Below are positions 12,030 to 23,535 of a DNA stretch of 64,000 bases, in pieces. Each line of letters starts with the position of its first letter. Positions within the stretch are counted from its first letter, which is position 1. A program made the position numbers and the translations under genes. The notes under the pieces were generated by a model, which did not search any database, had not been told where the DNA came from, and saw only the letters and a program-made list of their open reading frames with translations. Source of the DNA: Leucoraja ocellata (taxonomy: Eukaryota); the NCBI GenBank assembly GCA_036785375.1, contig JAWMAR010003932.1, positions 1 through 64,000 of the forward strand, in the 5' to 3' direction.

Positions 12030-12715
12030 TTAATACGATCACCCCTGACATACTAGTCAACAAGTTGTGGGACTTAGACTTCCCCCTCTCATCTGCGCAT
12101 GGATAAAGGACTTTCGCACAAACCGCCCACAACAGTCAAAATGGGCCTCCACTGCGCCTCCACCCTCACACTAAGCACTGGTTCTCCACAGGGCTGTGTG
12201 CTGAGTCCACTCCTCGATGCTCTGTTCAACTATGAATGCACTCCCATCCACTCCACAAGCTCCATTATTAAATTCGCGGATGATACCGTTCTGCACACCG
12301 CTCTCACTCATGTTGACAGCCAGAAGGGTGGCTACGTGAGCATGCTGTTCATAGACGTCACTTCAGCTTTCAATTCGATGGTCCCCCACCAGACTGGCCG
12401 AGAAACTACAGGAATTTGGGCTCATCACCTCCCTGTGTGCCTGTGTCCTGGACTTTCTCTCCACCAGGCCCCAGGTGGTGGGAAATTCATCGAAGTCCCT
12501 CACCCTGAGGACATGATCCACCCAGAGTTGCGTCCTCAGCACCCTACTGTACTCACTCTATACACATGACTACGTGACTAGGTTCAACTCCAACTCGATA
12601 ATCAAGTTTGCTGATGACACTCTGGTGGTGGGCCTGATCTCAGACACCGATGAGAAGGCCCACCGGTTGGAGGTGGCTGATCTGGCACTCTGGTGTTAGG
12701 CCAACAACCTCCTAC
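12030..12715 (+). mobile_element. Two rearranged Rex1/Babar RT fragments
   Basis: [13 protein letters not shown] and IIKFADDT motifs occurring twice, out of order. Confidence 0.75.
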
Positions 12716-13035
12716 ATGGAAACATAGAAACATAGAAAATATGTGCAGGCGTAGGCCATTCAGCCCTTCGAGCCTGCACTGCCATTTATTATGATCATGG
12801 CTGATCGTCCACTATCAATAACCTGTGCCTGCCTTCTCCTCATATCCCTTGACTCCACTAACTCCTAGAGCTCTATCTAACTCTCTCATAAATCCATCCA
12901 GTGACTTGGGTGAAAAAGTGTTTTCTCACATCAGCCTTAAATGGCCTCCCCTTTATTATAAGACTGTGACCCCTGGTTCTGGACTCGCCCAACATTGGGG
13001 ATATTTTTTACTGCATCTAGCTTGTCCAGTCCTAT
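12716..13035 (-). mobile_element. CR1 3' fragment
   Basis: (TTCTATGT)n tail and 3' UTR. Confidence 0.8.
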
Positions 13036-13221
13036 TATCTATCTTTATTAATAAAACTCTGTTCTTGACAGCTTTTGCCGATCTTTGCTGCGATTTCCGA
13101 GAGAACGCCGCCACCTACGGCCGTTATTTTTGGCCATCTCGCTCAGAGCCCCCCCCCCCCCCCCCCCGTCTGCCGCATGTGTGCCGAGGATTTTTCCCGT
13201 CGAAGAAATGTGACCGAGATA

Positions 13222-15068
13222 CAGCTCATCCAGGGCCAATCTGAAAACGGGAATTAGGATTGCTAAATTCAATCATAAACGGCGGATTGAGGAGCAATTC
13301 CATAACAACTCTGACCCCAGGCGCATGTGGCAAGGACTCAAATCCCTTGCCGATTACCAGAAAGTTAACACCCCTCCCCCAGACAACGCCACCCTGCCTG
13401 ACGAGCTAAACCACTTCTATGCTCGCTTTGACCGGGCCAACAAAACTTCAGCCATTAAAGTTGCTCCACCCCCGAATGAACAACCTCTCAGCCTCTCCAC
13501 CTCTGCTGTACAAGTAGCACTGAGCAAGGTGAATGAGCGCAAAGCTGCCGGCCCCGATGGCATCCCTGGCCGGGTGCTTAGGGCATGTGCTGGACAACTA
13601 TCCCCAGTCCTCGCCGACATTTTCAATCTCTCACTGGCCCAGGGTGTTGTCCCCACTTGCCTCAAGACATCAACCATCGTGCCAGTGCCCACACAGTCAG
13701 CTACAGGGAGTCTCAACGATTTCCGCCCAGTGGCACTCACCCCTGTCATTGCAAAGTGCTTTTAGCGGCTGATCTTGGCTCACCTCAAAGCCTGCCTCCC
13801 CCCCACACTGGACCCCCATCAGTTTGCCTACCAGACCAACAGGTCTACAGAGGACGCCATATCGGCGGACCTACACTCTGCCCTGACCCACCTGGACTAC
13901 AACAACTCCTACATCAGGCTGCTGTTCATTGACTTCAGCTCAGCCTTTAACACCGCCATCCCCGGCAGCTTGATCACCAAACACAGTGGACTTGGCATCT
14001 CCACCTCCCTCTGCAACTGGACACTGGACTTCCTCACTAACAGACCACAGTCTGTTAGGGTCAATAACCTCACCTCCTCCACTATAACACTGAACACCGG
14101 AGTGCCACAGGGCTGTGTGCTCAGCCCTCTCCTCTACTCCCTCTTCACGCACGACTGCGTCCTAAAGTACGGATCCAACGCTATTATTAAGTTTGCTGAC
14201 GATACCACGGTAGTAGGACTGATCAGCGACAACGATGAGTCAGCCTACAGGGAGGAGATCCAGCACCTGACAGCCTGGTGTGCCAACAATAACCTCGTCC
14301 TCAACTCCAAAAAGACGAAGGAGATTATTGTTGACTTCAGGCAGACCAGACGAGGCAGTCATACCCCCATCCACATAAACGGGACTGAGGTGGAGCGCGT
14401 CTCCAGCTATAAATTCCTCGGAGTACATATCTCGGAGGATTTGTCCTGGTCCCTCAACACCTCCAAGCTGATCAAAAAGGCACAGCAGCGCCTTTACTTC
14501 CTGAGGAGGCTCAAGAAAGCCCACCTGTCCCCCCGGATCCTGACCAACTGTTACCGCTGTACCATAGAGAGTATCCTGACCACCTGCTTCACGGTATGGT
14601 ACAGCAGCTGCAGTGCTGCGGACAGGAAGGCACTACAACGGGTGGTGAAAACCACGCAGCACATCATCGGTGCCCCGCTCCCTGCCATGGATGCCCTCCA
14701 CCGAAAACGGTGTCTGAGACGGGCTGGGGAGATCATCAAAGACCCCTCACACCCCAACCATGGACTGTTTGCCCTCCTCCCATCAGGGAGGCGGTACAGG
14801 AGCCTCAGGTCACGTACTAGTAGGATGAGGAACAGCTTCTAGAATAATACATTTACATTGCTGAACTCGGAGTCCCGCCGATAGATTTCTCCGGTCCCTC
14901 CGTCCCCATTGTTTAATTATTCTGTATTTTTTGATTATTCTGTATCTTCTCTCTTTCTATTTGTTTTTATTTCTTCATGCACAACTACTACGGACTGACG
15001 CAAAACTGCATTTCGTTGTACTCATACTTGTATTTGTGCGATGGCATTAAAGTTGAATTGAATTGAAT
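13222..15068 (+). mobile_element. Rex1/Babar non-LTR retrotransposon, 5'-truncated, near intact
   Basis: ORFs 13325..13765 and 13775..14842 in one frame with a single stop; [63 protein letters not shown]; (TTGAA)n tail. Confidence 0.92.
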
Positions 15069-15239
15069 ATTAATGTTTTATAACATTCCCCATTCTCTCT
15101 ACTGCCCCCGCTGGGAGCAGGGGAGGAGGGGACTATAAAACCCGGAAGTGTCCTGCTTCTATCAATTTCTGCCAGACCACGAAGTGAAAGGGTCACGGCT
15201 CTCTGAGCTGCAGCTCTACTCCAAGGTGAGTCCCCTGCA

Positions 15240-15520
15240 TATGTCTATTTGTCTATCTATATTTGAAGTGTGTATTGAACATGAAAAGCATTTGTATATT
15301 TGTCTATCTATATTGTGTTTGAAGTGTGTATTGAAAATAAAAAGCATTTGCAAATTTGTCTATCTATATTGTCTTTGAAGTGTGTATTGAACATGAAATG
15401 CATTTGTATATTTGTCTATCTATATTGTGTTTGAAATGTGTATTGAACATGAAATGCATTTGGTATATTTGTCTATCTATATTGTGTTTGAAATGTGTAT
15501 TGAACATGAAATACATTTAT
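15240..15520. repeat. 56-bp tandem repeat, about 5 copies
   Basis: TGTCTATCTA recurs at 15301, 15357, 15413. Confidence 0.88.
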
Positions 15521-15556
15521 TATTGTTATAAAGCGTTTGCAAATTTGTTTCTCTTG

Positions 15557-15808
15557 GGTTTTAAAATGGTTGCACCCGTTTTCAGGTGACTAAAGCATGA
15601 TGTCTTTGAAATGTTCATGTAAATTGAAATGCATTTGTTGCAACGTTTTCAGGCGCGTAATGCACGAATAAAGCTTTATTTTTGGATTTTAAAATGGTTG
15701 CACCCGTTTTCAGGTGAGTAAAGCATGATGTCTTTGAAATGTTCATGTAAATTGAAATGCATTTGTTGCAACGTTTTCAGGCGAGTAATGCACGAATAAA
15801 GCTTTATA
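15557..15808. repeat. 128-bp tandem duplication
   Basis: AAAATGGTTGCACCCG at 15563 and 15691. Confidence 0.88.
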
Positions 15809-16235
15809 TTTGGACCAGAACTGTGTTTAAATTTAAAATTGGCGCTCATTTTGTGATTTTGGCGGTTGCAAGATGGCGGCGATGACGTCATCTCCGGTGA
15901 TCGGGAAGCGACGGCGATGTCGTCATTTCCGGTGATCGGGAACCCAGCGGTGATGACGTAATTTCTGGTCGGAGGCAATATGGCGCTGCCTGCTGAAGAC
16001 AGAGTGCACGAGGGGTTGAAAAATTCTACAGAACTGGTAAATGTTTGTGTGTTTGTTGCAGCAAAAGCTGCATTGTCTTTCAGCCACAGAGAACAACAGG
16101 ATTTGAAGATTCGTTCAAATATTCGGCTGCTTTCTCTATGGTAAGCCTTTGTTGGACGTTATTTAAAAGCAGCAAGGTACACAAAATTGCTGGAGAATCT
16201 CAGCGGGTGCTGCAGCATCTATGGAGCGAAGAAAA

Positions 16236-16272
16236 TAGGCAACGTTTCGGGCCGAAACCCTTCTTCAGACTC
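16236..16272 (-). ncRNA. Minimal type I hammerhead-ribozyme-like motif within a Penelope pLTR-derived repeat
   Basis: Minus strand AGTCTGAAGAAGGGTTTCGGCCCGAAACGTTGCC: CUGANGA core, GGG/CCC stem II, GAAAC-GUU. Confidence 0.5.
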
Positions 16273-16867
16273 GAAAAGATTTAAAAGCAGCATTTTGTTT
16301 CATCAAAAGACTCTACAGCAGGATTTGAATATTCCTTTTGCNNNNNNNNNNNNNNNNNNNNNNNNNNNNNNNNNNNNNNNNNNNNNNNNNNNNNNNNNNN
16401 NNNNNNNNNNNNNNNNNNNNNNNNNNNNNNNNNNNNNNNNNNNNNNNNNNNNNNNNNNNNNNNNNNNNNNNNNNNNNNNNNNNNNNNNNNNNNNNNNNNN
16501 NNNNNNNNNNNNNNNNNNNNNNNNNNNNNNNNNNNNNNNNNNNNNNNNNNNNNNNNNNNNNNNNNNNNNNNNNNNNNNNNNNNNNNNNNNNNNNNNNNNN
16601 NNNNNNNNNNNNNNNNNNNNNNNNNNNNNNNNNNNNNNNNNNNNNNNNNNNNNNNNNNNNNNNNNNNNNNNNNNNTGGAAAGGAGAAACGGAAAATGGGT
16701 ACGAACATCTTGGCCAGTTACCACTGGGGATTGTGTCTGAAGTGCATAATTTACAGCCGTTGCCTTGCAGTTTTGACAACGGAGGAATGATTGTGCCTTG
16801 AAAAATCCCTCATGGGTAAATTGGTGTAAACTTACAACGGCGAAAGGAACTGTGGCAAAGATCATAT

Positions 16868-17107
16868 GTAGAAACATAGACATAGAAACATAGAAATTAG
16901 GTGCAGGAGTAGGCCATTCGGCCCTTCGAGCCTGCACCGCCATTCAATATGATCATGGCTGATAATCCAACTCAGTATCCTGTACCTGCCTTCTCTCCAT
17001 ACCCCCTGATCCCCTTAGCCAGGAGGGCCACGTCTAACTCCCTTTTAAATATAGACAATGAACTGGCCTCAACTACACTCTGTGGCAGAGAGTTCCAGAG
17101 ATTCACC
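16868..17107 (-). mobile_element. CR1 3' fragment
   Basis: Same tail and UTR as 52201-52440. Confidence 0.85.
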
Positions 17108-18078
17108 ATGTATTTCTGTATTTGTATTTCGTTTTGTCTAGTCTGGCAGTTCTGGACAGTCTAGTTTAATTGTTCGCAACGCCCATTGCGAAAGGCACTC
17201 TCGATGAAAGTTTAGCCTTGATAGCCTTAAGCGATCGAAGTGCTTTTTAAAAATTGTCTTTGCGCCATGACTTAGATGGAACGAACAAAGAAAACAGAAG
17301 AGCGAGCTAAGTCGTTGTTAAAGGATGCCCCGAAATGCAGGGCACGTCGTCCGAGCGAGCAGGTGGTGTAAACAGGTTCTCAAATCCGGAGGCAAAAGCG
17401 GGATTTGCCCTTGGTCGAACTGACGAAATGAAAGTAGCAATTCTCGAATGAAAGTCAAAGTGAAAGCGATAACATTGCGGTCATATTACATATACTTAAA
17501 TTACGAGGAAATTAATTGTAATTGGGTAGATACCTGGAATTGTGTACTGTCTGTGTTTAAATGTATGAGTCTGTGTATTATAGCTGTCAAACAGCTGACA
17601 GCTAAATTAGCGATACAGAATTCAAAACCCTTCGAAAACAAATAGATGTTTTGGATGATGTTGCGAAACAAGTAGAAAGTGTCAGTAGATGGCCCCAAAA
17701 ATGTCTGTGAACGTCTGTGTTTCCTGTGTAATGCACTGCACTGCTTGGCGGAACACCTATCACAACCAGTGCAGAATCAATGTAGCACGGCCTGTTTGGT
17801 CAGGATAAGGATTGATTTGCGAAAGAGGGTATCACGCGGTCTGAATGGGCGATAAACGCTATAAAGGACCGTGTAGGGTGCCCTTCCAGAGAAGGAGAGA
17901 ACCCTGGCCTTGGACGGTGTCACGAATGGTCACCACCTGTGCGCGTTTTTCTGTGCATTTGGGATTTGCGATAGTGTATGCGGGCACCTGAGTCTATGTG
18001 CCTTATTTGGTTGTGTAAGAAAATATCTTGCCGTACTAACCTGGTTGTCTGAATCCCGTGTCTTTTCCAACGTACTTT

Positions 18079-18096
18079 TGGCGTAGTCGGCAAGAT
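18079..18096 (+). promoter_or_regulatory. Retroviral primer binding site, tRNA-Ser
   Basis: TGGCGTAGTCGGCAAGAT, 17/18 match to the complement of the vertebrate tRNA-Ser 3' end (TGGCGTAGTCGGCAGGAT). Confidence 0.8.
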
Positions 18097-18171
18097 TCAG
18101 ATAACCGAGACTAATCATAAATCGGATCAACAGACAGTTAGTAAAATAAGCGGAGAACTGCAAAGAGAATA

Positions 18172-18830
18172 TGGCAAATTGACTACATCGTCCCGATGCC
18201 CATATGTCCGAAAAAGAAATATGCGCTCTCCATGGTGGACACTTACTAACCATATAACCATATAACCATATAACAATTACAGCACGGAAACAGGCCATCT
18301 CGACCCTTCTAGTCCGTGCCGAACACATAAACTCCCCTAGTCCCATATACCTGCGCTCAGACCATAACCCTCCATTCCCTTCCCATCCATATAACTATCC
18401 AATTTATTTTTAAATGATAAAAACGAACCTGCCTCCACTACCTTCACTGGAAGCTCATTCCACACAGCTACTTACTCGGGGATTCTAACACATTTCCCTG
18501 TCACTAAGGCCGATCAGGACCACACGTTCCATGGCCTACAACTGCTAATGGTCGTGTGTGGCACCCCATGGGGAATTCAGTCTGCCAACTGGTCCCAATT
18601 TGTGGGCAGATGATAATTGGGTGGAGTGGACCATCTTCATCCCGTGGACCATCCTAACCCCCTTCAAGCAGCAGGGCTGTTGGAGCGTATGACTAAAAGA
18701 GCAGACACGTGTGCTAAATCCGTCCCGCACGCTCAAGGACTGGGCCCTTGTGTCACTGCAAGCAGTAAACAATTTGAACCAGCCACTTGTGACAGGGGGC
18801 ACTCATGAGCCGACATCTGGCTGTTGGAGT
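18172..18830 (+). pseudogene. Retroviral integrase core fragment, frameshifted, split by a CR1 3' fragment
   Basis: D,D(35)E-region motifs; reading frame VDTY|SG rejoins across the insertion. Confidence 0.78.
18248..18469 (-). mobile_element. CR1 3' fragment with (TATGGTTA)n tail
   Basis: ACTTACT target-site duplication at 18241-18247 and 18470-18476. Confidence 0.85.
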
Positions 18831-18838
18831 CGAGCCAG

Positions 18839-19109
18839 ATGAAATGAAATGAAATGAAATGATTCAATTTATTGTCATTGTCAGTGTACAGTACAGAGAC
18901 AACGAAATGCATTTTTAGCATCTCCCTTGAAAGGGAGACACAGGGCGTCGCGGTGTGCCCGCGCCTGCCGCCGTACATTCCATTACAGGCAAAGGTGGGT
19001 GAAGTGTCTTGCCCAAGGACACAACGACAGTATGCACTCCAAGCGCGATTTGAACCGGCTACCTTCCGGTCGCCAGCCGAACTCTTAGCCCATTGTGCTA
19101 TCTGTCGCC
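18839..19109 (-). mobile_element. Same SINE head and core with a Rex1/Babar-type tail
   Basis: About 125 nt near-identical to 6668-6790; tail AAAATGCATTTCGTTGTCTCTGTACTG...ACAATAAA(TTTCA)n. Confidence 0.8.
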
Positions 19110-20399
19110 TCTAACGTTGACATTACGCCGGCGAAAGAACACCAGGAAGACTCCTGGAAGGAGTGGATATCTAACACGGCGGGAAGGCATTCGTTAAGGA
19201 GAAGATTGTTGTCGCAGCGCAGGTGGCATATGGTGATCGGGAATGTGCCTATCAAGAAAATGGTTAAACACCACTGTCGTATCTGCCTGCACCACCACTG
19301 CGGGCAGCGAGGTTCTAGGCACACACCACCCTCCGTGCAAAGAACGTACCCGACACAACTATTGTCAACTTGCCCCCCTCTCACCGTAAAACCTGTGCCG
19401 TGTGTTTTTCCGGAACTCCAGTTTCCATCCACACTCCAAAGGCATGCAGATTGGGCTAATCAGCGTGGTAAAATTGTAAATTGGCCCGAGTGTGTGAAGA
19501 ATGGTGTTTTTGTGCGGAGATCGCTAGTTGTCCCGGACTCGATGCGCCGAAGGGCTCATTACCGTGCTGTAAATCTAAACTATACTAAACTAAAGTAAAG
19601 TAGTGTAAAGTAAATTAATCTAGACTATTTGCTTTTGCACCAGAGGATAAAAACCGTGCCTGTCAACTCTATCTGTGCGTTTCACTTCGATTAACTGATG
19701 TTTAAAATATTTTATTTGCAGGCAAACTGTTCTCTCGGACTGAATGTTCTACAAACTACGTTGCTGACATTACTTGGCAGCGACTTCGTGAACCCATGTA
19801 TGCTTTATTCTCACTGTCATTTGAAAAGACGGCTTTATATCTAATCATCTTCGCAAAATACAATGTCATGTCAATAAAAATGTGGGTGCCTATTTTTTTT
19901 GCAATGGGAAGAGATGCTGGTAAACCAGCATGTGAGGGAGTCAAGGGTTGTGGGAAGAAGGGAGGAGAATGGGGGTACAAGGTAGAGATGCAGCAGCCAA
20001 GATTGAATAGAGAAGTAGATTGATGGGCCGAATGTTCTAATTCTGTTAATATCGCTTATGAAAACAGCACTTCCTTGCATGGATTTCACCTCGAGGACGC
20101 ATCCCGAAGCACCGGCCGAAGATCAAAGAGCAAGATACTCCACTATGCTGTACATGCACTATGCAAAATATACAGTGCCAACCATTTGCGCGGGTTCGTA
20201 ACTGAAGGTGCTGGGTATAAAGGCAAGGAGGTTGTATTGAACTTCGTTAACACATTGGTTTCATTAAGGCTGGGATATTGGACACTGCACGACGCAGCGC
20301 GAAAGCACGACAGACAGCGCAGCCAAGATTTACCAGAACAAGGTATGAATGACCTGCAGATGCTTGCACCAGGTCTGGCTGTGTATAGAGATACTGTAT

Positions 20400-21045
20400 A
20401 AAATGCAAGGCAGATTTAATTAGGCAAGGCAGATTTAATTAGGCAAGGCAGCATTAATTGGGCAAGGCAGCTTTAATTGGGCAAGGCAGCTTTAATTAGG
20501 CAAGACAATTTTAATTAAGCAAGGCAGCTTTAATTTGATATGGCAGCTTTAATCAGGCAAGGCAGCTTTAATTCGGCAGGCAGCTTTAATTTGGCAAGGC
20601 AGCTTTAATTAGGCGGCAATTAATCACTTTCAAACCAAAGGCAACACAGCTTTAGCACTTTAAAACCAAAGGGAACGCAGCTTTACCACTTTCAAACTAC
20701 ATTTTCAAACCACATCAAGGGCACTGAAAGGACAGTAAAACCATTCACAGTTTAGTAGGCACGTGTTCAGTGTTATTCACAGAATAGACTGAGAATTGCG
20801 ACCGTTCGCTCCCACATCTTGCAGAGAACTGAGGCACCTCCACACTTCCGGGTTTTATAGTCCCCGGTAGGGCCGTGGCCTTCAGGTGAGAGAACCTCGA
20901 CATTTTATAAACACGAATATCTCTTTTATTTTACATCGATGGGGAAAATCGCCTTGTCCTGCGCAGCGGATGGGGACTCTATGTAAGATGGCCAATAATC
21001 ACAGCTATACTTGGCAGCCTTTTTTTCGAAAAACTATATACGTGG
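20400..21045 (-). mobile_element. Helitron-like non-autonomous element with a 20-bp minisatellite (20405-20625)
   Basis: Unit GCAAGGCAGCTTTAATTAGG about 11 copies; CACTTCCGGGTTTTATAGTCCC and TAAGATGGCCAA motifs shared with the other copies. Confidence 0.45.
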
Positions 21046-21439
21046 CAGCAGGGAGTAGTNNNNNNNNNNNNNNNNNNNNNNNNNNNNNNNNNNNNNNNNN
21101 NNNNNNNNNNNNNNNNNNNNNNNNNNNNNNNNNNNNNNNNNNNNNNNNNNNNNNNNNNNNNNNNNNNNNNNNNNNNNNNNNNNNNNNNNNNNNNNNNNNN
21201 NNNNNNNNNNNNNNNNNNNNNNNNNNNNNNNNNNNNNNNNNNNNNNNNNNNNNNNNNNNNNNNNNNNNNNNNNNNNNNNNNNNNNNNNNNNNNNNNNNNN
21301 NNNNNNNNGACTGAGCTTCCAGCCAAAACATCCATTCGGCCCACAATTTGCATACTAGCCCTCTGGAATGCAGTCCCTTCGACACACAACACCATGTTAG
21401 CGCTCCAGAATGCACACCCCCACACACACACACTGGCCA

Positions 21440-22482
21440 GCAATATTGGGTGGGTGTGTGTGGGTGGGTGTGTGTGGGTAGGTGGGTGTGGATGGGCGTG
21501 TGTGTGTGTGGGTGTGTGCGGGTATGGGCGGGTGAATGTGTGTGTATGTGTGGGTGGTTGTGTGTGGGTGTGTGCGTGTGTGTGGGGGGGGGGGGGGGTT
21601 GTGTGTGGGTGTGCGTTTGTGTGTGAGTGGGTATGTGTGTGTTGGTGTGGTCGGGAGTGTGTGCAAATGTGTGCGTTGGTGACTGGGTGTGGGTGTGTGT
21701 TTGTGAGTGGGTGGGAGAGTGAGTGGGTGAGTGAGTGTGTGGGTGTGGGTGAGTGGGTGGGTGAGTGTGTGAGACGTATGAGTATGTGGGTGTACGTGTG
21801 CGTGCGTGTGCATGTGCGTGTNNNNNNNNNNNNNNNNNNNNNNNNNNNNNNNNNNNNNNNNNNNNNNNNNNNNNNNNNNNNNNNNNNNNNNNNNNNNNNN
21901 NNNNNNNNNNNNNNNNNNNNNNNNNNNNNNNNNNNNNNNNNNNNNNNNNNNNNNNNNNNNNNNNNNNNGTGACTGAGCTTCCAGCCAAAGCATCCATTCG
22001 GCCCACAATTTGCATACTAGCCCTCTGGAATGCAGTCCCTTCGACACACAACACCATGTTAGCGCTCCAGAATGCATACCCCCACACACACACACTGGCC
22101 AGCAATATTGGGTGGGTGTGTGTGGGTGGGTGTGTGTGGGTAGGTGGGTGTGGATGGGCGTGTGTGTGTGTGGGTGTGTGCGGGTATGGGCGGGTGAATG
22201 TGTGTGTATGTGTGGGTGGTTGTGTGTGGGTGTGTGCGTGTGTGTGGGGGGGGGGGGGGTTGTGTGTGGGTGTGCGTTTGTGTGTGAGTGGGTATTTGTG
22301 TGTTGGTGTGGGAGGGAGTGTGTGCAAATGTGTGCGTTGGTGACTGGGTGTGGGTGTGTGTTTGTGAGTGGGTGGGAGAGTGAGTGGGTGAGTGAGTGTG
22401 TGGGTGTGGGTGAGTGGGTGGGTGAGTGTGTGAGACGTATGAGTATGTGGGTGTACGTGTGCGTGCGTGTGCATGTGCGTGT
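21440..22482. repeat. (GT)-rich low-complexity repeat, present twice between gaps
   Basis: 21309-21821 is almost identical to 21971-22482. Confidence 0.85.
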
Positions 22483-22982
22483 NNNNNNNNNNNNNNNNNN
22501 NNNNNNNNNNNNNNNNNNNNNNNNNNNNNNNNNNNNNNNNNNNNNNNNNNNNNNNNNNNNNNNNNNNNNNNNNNNNNNNNNNNNNNNNNNNNNNNNNNNN
22601 NNNNNNNNNNNNNNNNNNNNNNNNNNNNNNNNNNNNNNNNNNNNNNNGGAAAGTCAGGGCGAGTTGGTGCCGGGACGGCACCTCGGTAAAATACATGATT
22701 ACCGTATTTTTCTTTTTTGCTTGACAATTATATTTCGTGATAATTAGTGAGTGCAACCGACCCCGAGCAACACCTGCAGTTACGCCGCTGTTTGACGGTT
22801 CCGGCATCTAAAACATTCGCACTGCAACAATGTCCAATCACATAGGAACGTAGATTGCCCATCTGTTGGTAAAATAGAGCAGGAAGTAGCTGCAGATGTT
22901 ATTTTTCGAAGGTAGACACTCGCAGACGAAGGGCCTGTTGCCGTGCTGCCTCCATCTCCGGAAATCACAAAGTACCCTACAA

Positions 22983-23535
22983 ATAAATGCGAGGTTATCC
23001 ATTTTGGTGGCAAAAACGGGAAAGCAGACTATTATCTAAATGGTGGCCGATTGGGAAAAGGGTAGATGCAGCGAGGCCTGGGTGTCACGGTACACCAGTC
23101 ATTGAAGGTAGGCATGCAGGTGCAGCAGGCAGTGAAGAGAGCGAATGGTATGTTGGCTTTCATAGCAAAAGGATTTGAGTATATTAACAGGGAGGTTCTA
23201 CTGCAGTTGTACAGGGTCTTGGTGAGACCACACCTGCAGTTTTGTCTCCAAATCTGAGGAAGGACATTATTGCCATAGAGGGAGTGCAGAGAAGGTTCAC
23301 CAGACTGATTCCTGGGATGTCAGGACTGTCTTATGAAGAAAGACTGGAAGACTTGGTTTATACTCTCTAGAATTTAGGAGATTGAGAGGAGATCTTATAG
23401 AAACGTACAAAATTCTTAAGGGGTCGGACAGGCTAGATGCAGGAAGATTGCTCCCGATGTTGGGGAAGTCCATGACCAGGGGTCACAGCTTAAGGATAAG
23501 GAGGAAATCCTTTAAAACCGAGATGAGGAGACTTG
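22983..23535 (+). mobile_element. CR1 internal fragment
   Basis: QQAVKRANGMLAFIAKGFEY...RPHL motif. Confidence 0.85.

Larger units (their letters stand above)
13038..16020 (+). mobile_element. Non-autonomous Helitron-like element interrupted by Rex1; 3' end not identified
   Basis: 5' A|TCTATCTTTATTAATAAAACTCTGTTCTTGAC; shares TTTTTGGCCATCT and GGGGACTATAAAACCCGGAAGTG motifs with 11900-12018 and 20840-21040. Confidence 0.45.
17515..19270 (+). mobile_element. Internally deleted class III (ERV-S/ERV-L-like) endogenous retrovirus: LTR-like region, PBS, integrase remnant; boundaries approximate
   Basis: PBS at 18079-18096; integrase motifs WQIDYI.PMP..KYAL..VDTYSG, GTPW.IQS.N, QAAGLLERM, KEQ..L...TLKDW...QAVNNLNQ. 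Confidence 0.75.

Noticed and set aside
16676-17500. Possible env or extra LTR sequence of the ERV
   Set aside because: No recognisable env motifs and no second LTR to define boundaries; left unassigned
19722-19800. Possible small exon after tttatttgcag
   Set aside because: No recognisable protein motif, weak donor and no partner exons found
21309-22482. Apparent direct duplication of about 510 bp
   Set aside because: Near-identical copies are each bounded by gaps; most likely an assembly or haplotype artefact
21005-22807. 600-aa His/Thr/Pro-rich ORF and overlapping Val/Cys/Gly-rich ORFs
   Set aside because: Translation of a (GT)-rich microsatellite across N gaps
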